A stretch of 58,984 nt of DNA, counting the filler, from Bipalium vagum (Eukaryota): the NCBI GenBank assembly GCA_037834085.1. It is 3 parts of 3 records of this genome, joined end to end, with 100 filler letters (N's around TTAATTAATTAA, not from the genome) between each part and the next. Parts side by side here need not be neighbours in the genome. Positions count along the whole stretch, not along the records: positions 22,045 to 41,609 come from JBBMKC010268948.1; 2 more parts are not named here. One strand, written 5' to 3'. How positions within the stretch are numbered: position 1 is the first letter of the stretch; each line of letters begins with the position of its first letter. Of this stretch, positions 25,001 to 37,830 are shown piece after piece. The notes beneath the pieces were generated by a model. It was not told the DNA's origin. It made no database searches and worked only from the letters and a program-made list of their open reading frames with translations. Position numbers and translations under genes: made by a program.

Positions 25001-27919
25001 GATGATATTTTATGATTTGATTAGTTAGATAATTTTTTACAAATCTTATTTTATTGTTGTTTTCAAAATTGTAGATCTGTTATTGATATGATCACACAAT
25101 TTTAAACTCTTTGCTTATTGCTATATCACAATGTCTCTCAGGTGTTTTCGTTTTATCATACATAAGAGAAGTGAAAAATTGAGATCAATCAAATTTAACA
25201 TTGGTAAAACACTCACCATATGATTGTGCATTGTTGTATATTATGTTGTATTATTATAATAAACATTTTTGGAAATGTCTCTAATTTTCTGACGAAATCT
25301 GTTACAATAATTTTAAAAAAGAAATTTTTAAAAATATTTTTTAAAAAAATAAAATAAAATAATAAATAATTACATTTTTGTAGATTCATTTATAAATTAA
25401 TAAATGATCAACAATTATATTATATAACATAGTGAAAATAAAAAAATAATTCTAAGTATTTTTAATTAATTCCAATTCAAAAATAAAACTTGGTTATTTA
25501 TAACTTTTCATTGAGGAATTTCTTTTGTATTTTTTTAAACATATTTTAAACAATTATATACAATAGCACTGATCTATAGTTTATCTGACTCTGGAAATTA
25601 TATGAATCCCTTAAATAAATACCAAAATTCTTTTTTGAAAATGAAAGGAAAACCAAAATTTTCAAGTAAAATTTAAATGATTATTTTATAAAAAATTAAT
25701 TTTTACCATAATTAATTTCTCTGGAATTTAATTAATTTCAGTCTTGTATAAAAATGCTTTAAAATTAATTGAACACAATTGAAAACATCAAAGTATTGAT
25801 ACATTTAACATATTTGTACATTGATTATAGTTTTTATTGATTTTTAAATATATTTTATCTGAAGATTCACTTTAGAAACGAATCTGTCAAAAATCATTGG
25901 TTTTTGTTTCAATTGATCTTTATGCTTGAGAACAAGCTTAATTGATTAGCTCTAAAGAAAAATCATTTTATTCCGAAAACCATTTGTTACGAAATCTGTA
26001 GCTGAATGTCATTCATAACGACGGATAATATATAAATTGATTTCAAAATACATATTTCCTAAAATAAAAAGTAAATGTTATTAAGAGGTCTAATTAAGAC
26101 ATCAAATAAACACTTTAAATTTTTTCTTTGTTTAATTTAATGGAAATTATTATTGATAAAAAAATTTATTTATTTTCTGAAAATAATTATTATAAAGTTA
26201 AACATTAAATTGAAAAACACATCTCATCAATCAATTATTTTAAATTGAATAACTTTCGAGTAAGTATGGGAGAATCGTTATGGAAATATTTTAAATGGGT
26301 AAATAATTTTATTTAATTAATCAATTTAGAAAACCATCTAAAAATCATTATTAAGATATAAATAAAAAGAACATTATTCATGCTGATCAAAAATACAGAA
26401 TTAAATAGGAAAAGATAACCATAACTTAAGACGGTCTATATTTAATTTATATATTTAAAATTATATTATATAAAGAAATATTTCTTTGAAAAATTAAAAA
26501 TTGAAAGATAAAATGAAACTAAAATATATAATATTATTTTATTACTTTTTATGAATTTAAAATTTTATTTTAATAAATTATTTGGGGTGATAAAAAAGAA
26601 AAAGAAAATCATTTAATTTAAATATAGATATACAGGATGACGAAAAATTTGTAATGATTTTCATTAACTTTCTTCGAAAACAAATCTTTTATTGATTTTT
26701 TTCAAAAACATTAATGGAAAATCTTCAAAAATGAATCAAGAAAAAGAATTTACTGTTGTCATTGACTTGCGCAAATCCCGAATGAAAACATCGGACATTA
26801 TCAGAACAATATTTAAATATTTTTGAAATTAAAGTTGTATAAGAATATATAAAGCTATACATATATTTATTCTATAATATTCCATTCATTTAAATCAGAA
26901 AAATAATTACGGTCAAACTTATTCAAATTGAACGCTTTTTAAGTTAACCATTTTTTGAAATGAACAAATTTTTAAATATTTTGAAACGACATGTGTTTAT
27001 GGCAGGGGAAAAAATAAAGTTGATTGTGTCATAATCTTCTTTGTTATTTGATTTTCCCTGGGTATGTTAAACGTTTTTTTAGTTGAACAATATTGGAATA
27101 TTGGTCACATGATGTTCAACTTGAAACATGTTCAATTGTCCTGAGATTGTGAAACATAAATTGAACGCGTTAACTGAAGATGACCTTAATTGAATTTGAG
27201 AAATTCATTGAAGATCACAAACAGATCATTGATAATATCGCTGAATATTTGTGAACATCGTGTGTACTGCTTATTGTTTATGTAATATCCACTTAATTCT
27301 CATTTGTTAATTTAAATTAATTAAATATTTTCGTTAAAGTAAATTGAATAAAGTTCATCGACAGAAAATGATTTAAGAAATTTAACTTTTTAATCACTCC
27401 CATTAATCATGAACGTTTTTAGTAAATTTCAAAACAATTTATGAATTGCAAAAGTTTTGCAGTGTCTTTAATGGGTCCTGTAATTTTAATAGCAAGACAA
27501 ACTAAAAAGAATTATTAAGCTATATATATATCATTGTTATTCCTAAATATTTGAGTGTTTTATTGATTTCTTTTGAATTTAGAGATGTCATTTTCAAAAT
27601 TAGAATAAGAAAGAAATAATCATTATGTAAATTAAACCAATCTTGGTGATATTAAGAATATCAAAATGAGAAGAAATTAATAAGAAATGTGTTATTCTCT
27701 AACTTATCATGCTATAGTTTAATATATTTTGTTTAAATAAGATATTATTGGTATTACCTCTTATTATGCCCTAAACGTAATATAATTTTTATGATTTCTT
27801 ATTTATTATCGCACATGAATTGTAAATTGTTTTTAAAATCACACAATAAGAGAATAATTTATCAAGTTTAGATAATCTAGGATGCATTAAAATAAGTAAA
27901 TCTTGATTGTAAGTACATC

Positions 27920-28105
27920 TTAGTTTGGACTGTTAGCAATATGGTTATCTGCTTTTATTCTAATCGCTGAAGAATTTAATTCGTCATGCTCCAAAGCTTT
28001 TGTTCCAGTAGTCACAATGGAAACCAAATCATTTTGTAAACCGCTAAGGTCCCATATTCGCAACGAGGAGTCGTGAGAGGCAGTATACAGATTGTTGTCG
28101 ATAAT
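27920..28105 (-). CDS. WDR86: WDR86-like terminal exon
   Basis: ttttag acceptor, IIDNNLYTASHDSSLRIWDL..., TAA at 27922-27920. Confidence 0.88.
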   Translation of the reverse strand: MIDNNLYTASHDSSLRIWDLSGLQNDLVSIVTTGTKALEHDELNSSAIRIKADNHIANSPN

Positions 28106-28907
28106 CTAAAATATTTTCAATCAATTTCCAAAAAAATTATAAATTACACATTTTTATGACTTAATACAATAAACTGTAATTAATGAATATATCAATCATC
28201 AAAAATCCAGAAACTGATTGAATATAAATGTAGAAAAGACGAATATTGAAAATAAAATAAATAAATAAGTAAGAAAGTATATATATAAGTAAAATTTTAT
28301 TGACTACATTAACTTATTTTTAAAAAACGCGCCACTTAACTTTTTAATGATTGCATTTGAATTAATGTAACTGTTGTTTAATTAATCTAATTTAATCAGA
28401 TATCAATTTTTCGTATGAGCATCATTTAAAAACATTAAATAATTAATGAATGATAAGAAGTATCATTACATTTAGGAATATGTCTAGAACAAGAATAACA
28501 ATATTCTACTACAAATTAACTAAGTTTATTTAAAATGATAAAGTAAATAAAATAAACTTGTCGGTTATCCAGGAGATTTAATTAGAAAATGCAACATTAA
28601 ACCAGTACACTCTATTTGTATTTTGTGTAGGCTTAATTAATAATTAATAATTAATAAAAAACAATTAAAAATTCTAAAAAAATTATTTAACACAAAAACA
28701 TTTAAGAAAACGTAAATAGCCTGGTTTTTTTATTCCCTCCATTTAATGGTGTTTTATAATCACCTTAAGTTGATTATTTAATTTTAATAAACTCATGTTA
28801 AATGAAATTTAAAACAAAAACATAAAATTTTTAGTTTCTATTTAAATTGAAATTGAAATATTAAATATATTTTTACTTTAATTGAAAATTTTCAACTAAT
28901 ACGTATA

Positions 28908-28967
<60 letters not shown>

Positions 28968-31900
28968 TAATAATAGATAATAGATAATAATAATAAATAA
29001 TAATGTTACTAATAATCTAGATATTATCATTAGTGAAAGTATTAATAATATTATTAATCTAAAATTGTATATATAAATTAAGTTAAACTGAAAATAATTG
29101 TATTTATTTATATTTTAAAAATTTATAAAATGATATCATTTTTGAATATCTTCAAGAATAAAAATCACAGAAATTTTTTTGTAATAACTCTCATGTGGAT
29201 AATAATTTCTGTAAACCATAAATATAAATTTATGTTTATCATATAATATTTTTATTTTCATCATATGATGATATATATATTTCCTAAAATGTTTATAAAC
29301 AACAGGAAATTGCACATGAACTTAAAGAAAAACAATGGGGTCGTTTAGACATTTCGAGTTATCAATATTATGTTCTTTAGATAAGTGTATATAATATTAG
29401 AATTTGAATAAATTTGCAAATTTTGATTTTAAAAATCCAGGTTACTTTTTTTTTTAAAATTATGATACACTTATGATAAAAATAATTAAATAATAATTAT
29501 TTTTAATAATACGATGATTATTTTGAAATTAAAATTAAATTTTAAGACACAAATTATAATTTTTATATTAATTATAATTTTCGCTCAGTTAAAACTCAAT
29601 AGATGACATCATGGTGAAAATTTTATAATACAATCCAACTTTGTTTTTAAGTAAAATTTTAAATGTCAATAAATAAAAAATTTTTAATAAGCACATTACA
29701 TTAAATTCAAATTTTGATTTTGGTATTTATACAATGTCTTGTAGTTAAATAAAACAGAAATTTAATTATTAATATACGTAGTGTGGATAAAATGTCCTTA
29801 AACTTTTCAGAAATGGATGATACTGAGCTGAAACTTTATTTACAGCAAATGAACTATATACGTAAACATAATATAATTTCCTTTAGCTAGCAGGAACTTC
29901 GTCAACCGATTTATTAATGTAAAAAATCATTTTCGAAAATATCGGCATAATTTTCATTGAAAAAATGAAAACCAAGCTAAAAGCCTTTACATCCATAGTT
30001 CGGTGAAATTTATGAACTGGAGGATTGTCATGCACTCCTGTCAATATTCCGAATAATCAGCTGATTCCCACGCGGTTGCTCAGAGATAAGCCTCTGATTG
30101 GGAACCCAAACACCACGAAATTTCATAGTATAACTGTAATAATAACTTTTTCTTCTTCTCTACTGCTCTAGAACTGAAAATCCTTCTCTTTATATATTAT
30201 CTTGCTATTGTTCTTGAATGTGAATATTGAGCTTGAATTATCTTGATAATTCTTAAAATGGTTATTCTTATTTTATTCTCAACCTTTCTAGCTATTTAAT
30301 TGGAAAGTAGTGAACAACCATTCAAAATTGGTGAGGAGAAATTCAAAAAATTTAAAAATATTGTGAAAGAAGAGAGTCGGATTACCCAAAGAGATAATTT
30401 AAGCAAGAGAAATGTAATAAACCTGATCCTGTTAAGCATTTTAAAGCAGAAGTTGTTCCATAAACAAAAAGTTATCGGGTTATCAAACTATTTGAAACTG
30501 ATCTACCATGTGATGAAAACCTAAAACAGGTAGCCCACCAAGATTAAGCAATAGCAAGAGGTAAAACCTGCAAAATGTCATTTGGACTTGAATTTTAACG
30601 TATAACGTAAGATGTACAAGAAAATTTGAAATATTATAAAAAATCTCCAAAGTACAACGACAAAAGAATCGAACAAATAAATCAAAATAACTGACTACCG
30701 AAATTTCTTAATGACGAAAAATATTTTACTTTTTAATATGTTGATGTGCTTAGAAATAGCGGTTTTATCCATCTGACAAAGAATAAATATCTCCAAAACT
30801 CAAGTACAAATTCAAACTAAAAGTCGAATGTAGCATATGAGTCTGCTTGGCAATATTCAGTAAATCCATTTTAACAACCAAAGGTCCGTCGTCTATTCCA
30901 AAAATGGATGATAAAACTTATGAAATGTATAAAAGAACATCATGATAATTGTAAATATCTTTTGGTTAGACTTAGGAATCTCACATTATATCGATAAAGA
31001 TTTATTTAAATGAACATAAAGTACGTTTTTTGTAAAAAGAAGACAATTCATCTTATGTTCCTCAAACTCGACCAATGGAAGACTTTTAGGGACTCTTCGC
31101 TCAACAGATGTACAGTAAAGACTGGAAGTTATAAGTCAACAATTAATTAATAAAATAAAGTTACAATTGAAAAAAACTAATGTTAAAGTTGTCCAAAAAA
31201 TAATGAAAGGAGTTCTTTGAAAATTACACAAAATTGAAGATATTGAACCTTTCACCATTTTGAAAATGTGTAGTTTTGTTTGTTGTCTTATTGTGTTGTG
31301 TATAATGCCGTCCATATGTTGAAGACACCCCTGTCATTTTCATTTAAATGGTGGAAATATATAACTATAAGGACTTTGATTCAGTATTTATTTAAATATA
31401 TCAGAGAATATGTTAAAGCACGTGTTTCCACTGAAATATTTCCAAAGCAAAAATTTTTGTAGAAAACCGAGTTTTTGAAAAACATGAATTTCGTAGTCAT
31501 TTTAAATAAGATCTTAAGACAATGAAACATTTTTATTAACATTTTAAGTTATGCAAAAGATTTCATTCAGATATTTAATTTTAGATGCATGAATCATTGT
31601 CCACCAGTCCTTCGAAGTGTCTAAATGTTTCGCGGCATATAGCTACTAACCCTTGGTTTCAGGTCATTCTATTAAGGCTCAATTATATTCAGATCTGGTG
31701 ACTGAGCCAGCTAATCACTGAGTACACATAATTTTGACTTTCCAAAAATGAAGACATGAAGTTCTATTCTCCTAAAATATATGTTGTGCCTCATATATTG
31801 GCAACAACCCTTTCTTTAATACCTTGTGATAGGGAAAAATCCATTCGATCCGGATACCTTACAAGAACTCCGCTGCCATTTTCTTTGGTGGGGCCTGAAA

Positions 31901-34448
31901 CTATCAAATCCTTACCTCCGAATTTATGTTTTCGTGGTATATATCGGCTTATACCTGGATCCTTGTGTTCTGTGGGTATATTTTCTTCTGAAGAACACTT
32001 CAATCAGAAATTTATTCCTTAAAGAAGGATGCAGTTTGTAAAAATCTATATATTACTTTAAGTGATTCTCATTTAATAAAGGTTTCCTCTCTGCGATCCG
32101 TTCAAACAATCAATACTTTCTCAGAATACTCTTCATAATACTAACTGAGGAAATTTGGCTTGGTTTTCTTTCAAGTAACAACTAAGGTACTGTTTTCGTG
32201 AAATTTTTTTGAATTATGAATACTATACCTGGTCATATTAATTAAATCAAGGTAAAAAAGTGTACAATAAAATTTTCGTATTAAAAAGTCATTGTTTTAC
32301 AAATCAAGTAATCAAAATAAATGTTAGTGAAGTAATAATAAAAAATTGTGCCTATATTGGAAAATACAGATTATCCATAAAACAAATTGCAGATATCGTT
32401 GTATCACAGGCCAGTGTGAATAGCATATCACAGAAGGTGAAAGATGGAATTGATTTGAAGAAAAACAGAGTTTGAAGATGTGGACGCAGAAGGATGACAT
32501 CATCAAGAGATGAGCAAAATATAAGAAATATTATATAAGATAGTTCAGAAAATTGTGCATGTTTTTTGTTTATATACATTAAAATTGTACATAGTTTAAA
32601 AAAATTGTTGAAGATCATTTAATATTATATAGCATTTAAAAGCATATATATTGATATCTTTAAAGATTTAATCTGTTTTTTAATTTAAAATTTGACTACC
32701 TTTTCCCATTTTTATGTAGGATGTGTGGCAATTTGACTCAAATTTAATTTTATAAGTTTTGACTCGGTACAAAAGCAGCTGAAATTATTCAAAAAGTTTA
32801 TGAAGTTTGGGGCCATAGCCCTGTAAATCAGTCAACAGTACGGCGTTGGTACCAGAAGTTCCGTAATGGAGATTAATCTCTTGAAGATGTGAAACGAATG
32901 GGTAGTCCTTCCAAACTTGATGACAAATATTTAAAGGGTCTACTAGCGGAAAAGGATACGCGAACAACAATAACAAAACTTGCCAAAAGTCTAGGTGTCA
33001 GTACTGGAACCTTTTTCAATCATATGAATCAAATTGGTAAGACAACGAAGCTTGGCAATGAGTGCCACCTGAGCTAACCATAAAAAAAAACCACTATGAG
33101 ATCTGCTCAGAACGCATTTTGAGGATGAAAAACGAGCCATTTTTATTGTCTGATTACTTGTGATGAATAATGGTTGCTATATAACAATATTAAACGTTCA
33201 GCACAGTTGTTAAACATCTGTGAATGTCCCAAGTCATTCCCAAAACCGAGTCAACAGGAAAAAATAATGTTTACAGTATGGTGTTGTTCAAAAGAAATGA
33301 TTCGTTACGATTACCTGGAAAAGGGAGAAATGATAACACTAGAGAAATACTGCCTAGAAATTGATATTAGACAAGAAAAGTTAAAAAGAATGCACCCAGC
33401 ATTGATCAATAGAAAAGGCTCAATTCTATTGCATGACAATGTCCATCCGCACATAGCAAAGCAAATCAAGGATACACTGAAAAGTTTAAATTATGAAATT
33501 CTTCCACATTCACTGTATTCTCCACATCTCTCGCCAACTGATTTTCAATTATTCAAACATTTATTTGAATAGAAAAAGATTTCAGAACGAAAAAGTACTA
33601 AAAAGGGAATTTGAACACTTGATTGCCTCCAGGTCTTCCGAATTCTATCGCATAGAAATGGAAAATCTACAAATTCGTTGGCTTAAGTGTGTAAACGCTA
33701 ATGGTTTTTATTTTAATCAATAAACCCTTTGCTTCGGATGAATTATGCTGTTTTAAAATGAATGTACAAAAACTTGAAAAACGTTCTGAACAACATAATA
33801 AAAGCAAGTAGGAATGTGAACTGCTAGAATTATGGAACAATTAAATTATGGTGGGATTTATCTATATATTCAAAGGTAAGAAAAAGGCTATTAAATGCAG
33901 GCGACAATGTCAGAAACCTGTGCTTACACAAGTAATGATTAGAAAACCCTTGTCATGGACTAAACAATATAACAATGATACACTGCAGAATGTATTTTGG
34001 CAAATAAAATAATTCATAATTAATTAATTATGATACTGAATTAAATAAGTTATAATTAAATTCATTTGTGATATGAAATCAAAATAAAAAATACCTGAAA
34101 ACCATTTATACTAGAACTATGACCTATAAATTGGCGTCTAAGAGCTCCGGTTTTTGCATCAAAACATCTGGCCGTTCCATCACCACAGGATGTGAAAACT
34201 GAATTTTATATTAATTATTATTAATTAAATAATGATTTTATATTATTTATTATTATTTTAATAATATTTTCTTCATTATTATTATTGTACTAAGTAAATA
34301 TTAGATTATTACGCATTCCTCTGGAAAAACGAACACAAGTAACTGAATGTTCATGTCCTTTGTATATCCTTGTTGAATTCCCACCATCAATAACCCAAGC
34401 TCGAGCTGTATGATCACTGCTTCCAGAATAAATAAGTTTATTCGAAAC
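27920..34448 (-). CDS. WDR86: WD repeat-containing protein 86-like, 3' part only: complement(join(27920-28105,34095-34198,34313-34448))
   Basis: Spliced translation VSNKLIYSGSSDHTARAWVIDGGNSTRIYKGHEHSVTCVRFSRGML-FTSCGDGTARCFDAKTGALRRQFIGHSSSINGFQ-IIDNNLYTASHDSSLRIWDLSGL...SPN* follows the last WD40 repeats of WDR86 as I recall them (LVYSGSADRTV..., LFTGSGDACARAFDA..., LYTASHDGALRLWD). All junctions are GT-AG and in phase; 5' exons not found. Confidence 0.85.
28911..28964. repeat. (AAT)n microsatellite
   Basis: About 18 perfect units, with degenerate flanks. Confidence 0.95.
30300..31330 (+). mobile_element. Degenerate Tc1/mariner-superfamily element in the WDR86 last intron
   Basis: PQTRPMEDF*GLFAQQMYSKDW...QQLINKIKLQLKK..VVQKIMKGV matches the PQxRPIExFWG..KVY C-terminal block; LNDEKYFTF is a first-Asp-like motif. 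Confidence 0.65.
31490..32200 (-). mobile_element. Degenerate Tc1 (D,D34E-type) transposase
   Basis: D*LAQSPDLNIIEP**NDLKPRV (WPAQSPDLNPIE), KFGGKDLIV (KHGGGSxMVWG) and GSGVLVRYPDRMD. Confidence 0.8.
32300..32560 (+). mobile_element. Tc1 N-terminal HTH relic
   Basis: SIKQIADIVVSQASVNSI...RCGRRRMTSSRDEQNIRNI (GRPR-like plus TSxRDDR). Confidence 0.65.
32715..33800 (+). mobile_element. Near-full-length degenerate mariner (D,D34D) transposon
   Basis: TVRRWYQKFRNGD*SLED, VPPELT (WVPHEL), ITCDE*W, KIMFTVW, LLHDNVHPH with 34 residues to the D of YSPHLSPTDF, then RWLKCVNANGFYF*. A TIR-like ...AACAACATAATA lies near 33800. Stops and frameshifts present. Confidence 0.92.
34095..34198 (-). CDS. WDR86: WDR86-like penultimate exon (104 nt)
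   Basis: FTSCGDGTARCFDAKTGALRRQFIGHSSSINGFQ; ttcag acceptor and gtattt donor. Confidence 0.9.
34313..34448 (-). CDS. WDR86: WDR86-like internal exon (136 nt)
   Basis: VSNKLIYSGSSDHTARAW...YKGHEHSVTCV; acag acceptor and gtaata donor on the minus strand. Confidence 0.9.
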
Positions 34449-34869
34449 CTGTGTATAAATAATATTGTATCCATCATTTCATAAAAAATAACCAATTTTA
34501 TAAATTTCTCATGTTGGAATGAAATTTTTTATGAAGTTTCTATAATCATTAAACAATTGTACATGTCAAAATATAAACAATAGCAGACAATTTAGGTCAG
34601 AAGTTTTATGGTATTTTTAATATTCAGAATTATAAACATGTGGCAACATTTTCTGTACCAATTTATTTTTTTGTTCTGTTTTATGCAGCTATGATTATAT
34701 TAAGCAATAAAACATTAAATATTTTGAAGGATATGTTGGGTTAGTATAAACAGAATTGGAAGAAATGGTTGTATGTTGCTTATTCATACATCAATTGATA
34801 AATATTGAATATTAAATTGAATTTTTTATTTTTGTATAAATAAAGTATTGTTAAATTTGATCTACCTTA

Positions 34870-37510
34870 AATTTTAAAATAAAATAAATGTAGGATCTGA
34901 AAATCATGAGAATCAAGATAGAAAAGTACTTTTAACGAATAATTTCTTAAGCAACGTAATGGATTCTGGATTATAACGAGAAATTTTTTTACAGATTTCC
35001 TGCTAAAAATGACAAGGAGCAATGGACTCAAAGAGGCACTCATGACGGAATCAGACATTAGAAAAAAATATATTAGAGGTTTGGCAAAACTTTGTGAGAA
35101 TTCAGAAGAATAGGGTTCTAAAAAGGGAACGAAACAATTGAACGCAGTTCGATATCACAGTTATGCAGAGATGATTCAAGGTGGATAATTTCAAAGAAGA
35201 CCGAGACCTCGGAATGCCTGAACTCAAAACCAATCAGACCAGCATTCTAGAATTATTATAGCAAGTGGAATGAAAGAATCTCACGATGCTAACACCACCC
35301 TGGTGTAAGAGATGTAGGTCCGAGTAGACATGAGGCAGCTACCGTTGGTCGAAGAAACCCTTCGGGATTTTTCGATGAAACCAATTTCTAAACGGCTCTA
35401 TAATAGATGTAGTGGTTTACGACCATCAAGAGACGAACAGCTTCGACCAGGTCAGTGTTTTTTGTGGTAGTGATGCACTGTCCATTGAAGAATGTATGCT
35501 TAATATGTGGGAAGAACGTTTTCAGTCTTGCCCATTTTTGGAATAGGGTTCGAAGATGGAACGTAAACCAGTATTGTGTATTCATGAAGAGATGGACGGA
35601 ATATATAAAGATGAAAGTTCGTAGACGATGAAATAAAAAAATATTGCAGGCTCCACTGTTCACATTTCGTCTGTGGTTCAGCCAATAACTCTGAATAGAA
35701 ATCGAAATGTAAAGGAAGTATCAATATTTAAGACGACTGGTGATAGACAGTGCAGTTTGGTGAAGATGAATAGATGTTTGAAATGATGTCTGATGCTTCG
35801 GTTACCGTGTTGAGTGAATGTTGGAAAAAAATAAGAAGTCCAGAACTGTCTTCGAGTAAACTGTTACTGAGTGGTATCTTCTCGACAGGAGGTAAAAAGC
35901 GGTTTTTAGAGTTTTAAAACAAAAATTAAGTGGAACGAAAAGGAATATAAAAGAATCATGAAAAAGTTTGGTGTTCCATTAGATTAGATCAGCAACATTG
36001 AAGCAAGTGATTTTGACAAAAATATCACAGATGAAGATCGAGTAAATTACGCAACAGATTTTTTTAAAAATGAACAAAGTACACAGTTACGTAGTATATA
36101 GCGTCAATTTTTTCAGCATATTCATGGCAACGACTTTTGAAATTGGACAAACACCGTAATATCATAGTGACAGACACGTCAATTTTGTAACAACCAAGAA
36201 GACAACCAAAGCATTTAGAAGCAAGAATTGATGAAATGACATCGCAGCTTATTAGAGCTGGAATGATTTCGAAATGTAAAACCCTTATAATTCTCCACCG
36301 GTTGTAGTCGGAAAAAGGAATGACTCAATTCAGATGCACGAGGATTTCAGGAGAATGAATGTCATCACAAATAAATTCACTTTTCCGTTGTTCGACATAT
36401 TACTGGAATATCTGACTGGTTCTAAATTTTTTCAACCATGGACTCGGGAAAAGCACACTACCAAGTTCTGTCAGTGGAATCGAAGTTGATAACAGCTTTC
36501 AGTACTAAACAGGGATAGTTTTGCTTTAATAGAATGTCTTTTGTTGTGGTAACAACATCAGATAGTTTTTAGAATCTTATGTGCGAGTTGTTGAATGGCT
36601 TAATATTCAATAGTTTTTCGGTGAATTTTGATATACAGTCTTATAGAGAAGATACACTATGAGATTCTTATAGAAGTATTTGAAGGAATAGCTAATGCTA
36701 ATTTGAGGTTGAATCCAAAAAAATGTAAGTTTAATCAACATAAATTGGTCTTCCTGGGTCTGACGGTTAGTTTCGACAGAATCCTAAGAAACAATAAAAG
36801 GTTGAAGAGATATTGAAGGTCGAATCTCTTGATTGAGTATCTCAATTGAGATCTTTTCTGGGGTTAACAAATTATTATATAAGTCTTTTCAAAATATATG
36901 CGAATATCGTGGCCCTACTGTACTCCACAATTTCTGGTGGAAGAGTTTTCAAGAATTGCAGGACAGGTTTTGCCAGGCTTAAATTTTGGATTTTCCGAGT
37001 AAGGATCGTGTTTTTGTTCTGGACACGGGCACTAGGTTTAGTGTAATTGGGGATCTTTTGAGCCAAATCACTGAAAAGGGGGTAAGACGATTATTGCTAT
37101 GGGTCGAGACACTTATCAGTATATGAACTTTGATATTCTGTAACGAGAAAAGAATTGCTGGCATTATACGATTTTGTCTTGCAATTCAAACAATATTTAT
37201 ATGGTAAACACTTCATCGCAAGCAAGAACCACAAGGCTCTGGTATTTATGAACATTACGAAAAATTTGATCATCCCACAATTTCAGACATAGCGAATTTA
37301 TCTAAATTTGATTTCGAATTGAGATGTCGAAAATGCGAAAAACTTTGTAATACTGATGGTATGTCCAGAATTGGAGACTACTTGTTGTGCACAATGTCAG
37401 CTTAGACATGAGGGAGCCAAGCTGGAGAAACCGAAAACTCATAGTATTAATGAAAAGTTGGAAAGAATTAAGTCAGGACAGAGGGCCAATGTTTCTATTG
37501 CGGATATGAT
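34870..37510 (+). mobile_element. Degenerate Ty3/Gypsy LTR retrotransposon internal region (gag remnant, protease, RT, RNase H); integrase and LTRs not seen
   Basis: PYNSPPVVVGKRNDSIQMHEDFRRMNVIT (RT), LRLNPKKCKF..LVFLG, LRSFLGLTNYY, FVLDTGTRFSVIGDLLSQ (RNase H), HKALVFM and NTDGMSRI, in Gypsy order with many stops and frameshifts. Confidence 0.88.
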
Positions 37511-37519
37511 AGCATGGTT

Positions 37520-37830
37520 GTCGACATTATAAAAGATAATAAACAGGATAAAAGAGTCAAAATTATTCTTCTTCCTGATAAAGCGAAAGCGCACATAGGA
37601 AATATCATCAAAATCATCCTCCTGGAGTTACTTTGGAAGTACTTCAATATCCTCCACCTTCCACAGACCGTGCGCCAATAGATTTATCTTCTCCGCTTCC
37701 TATCTAACCTTCTCAGAAACTTTTTGGGAAAAGATTAGGATTTTATAAAGTGGTTGACCAATTTTTTTCTTAGTAAAGGTTTGTGCAATAAAGGTTTTGA
37801 CAAACTCGATTTTTGATCCATCTGTACATT
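37520..37830 (+). mobile_element. mariner C-terminal relic abutting the Gypsy element
   Basis: IILLPDKAKAH...VLQYPPPSTDRAPID (LLHDNARPH...HPPYSPDLAPSD). Confidence 0.7.

Noticed and set aside
33174-33723. SETMAR-like domesticated gene or active mariner
   Set aside because: No SET domain, and multiple stops and frameshifts, including a stop immediately after the first catalytic Asp (CDE*W).
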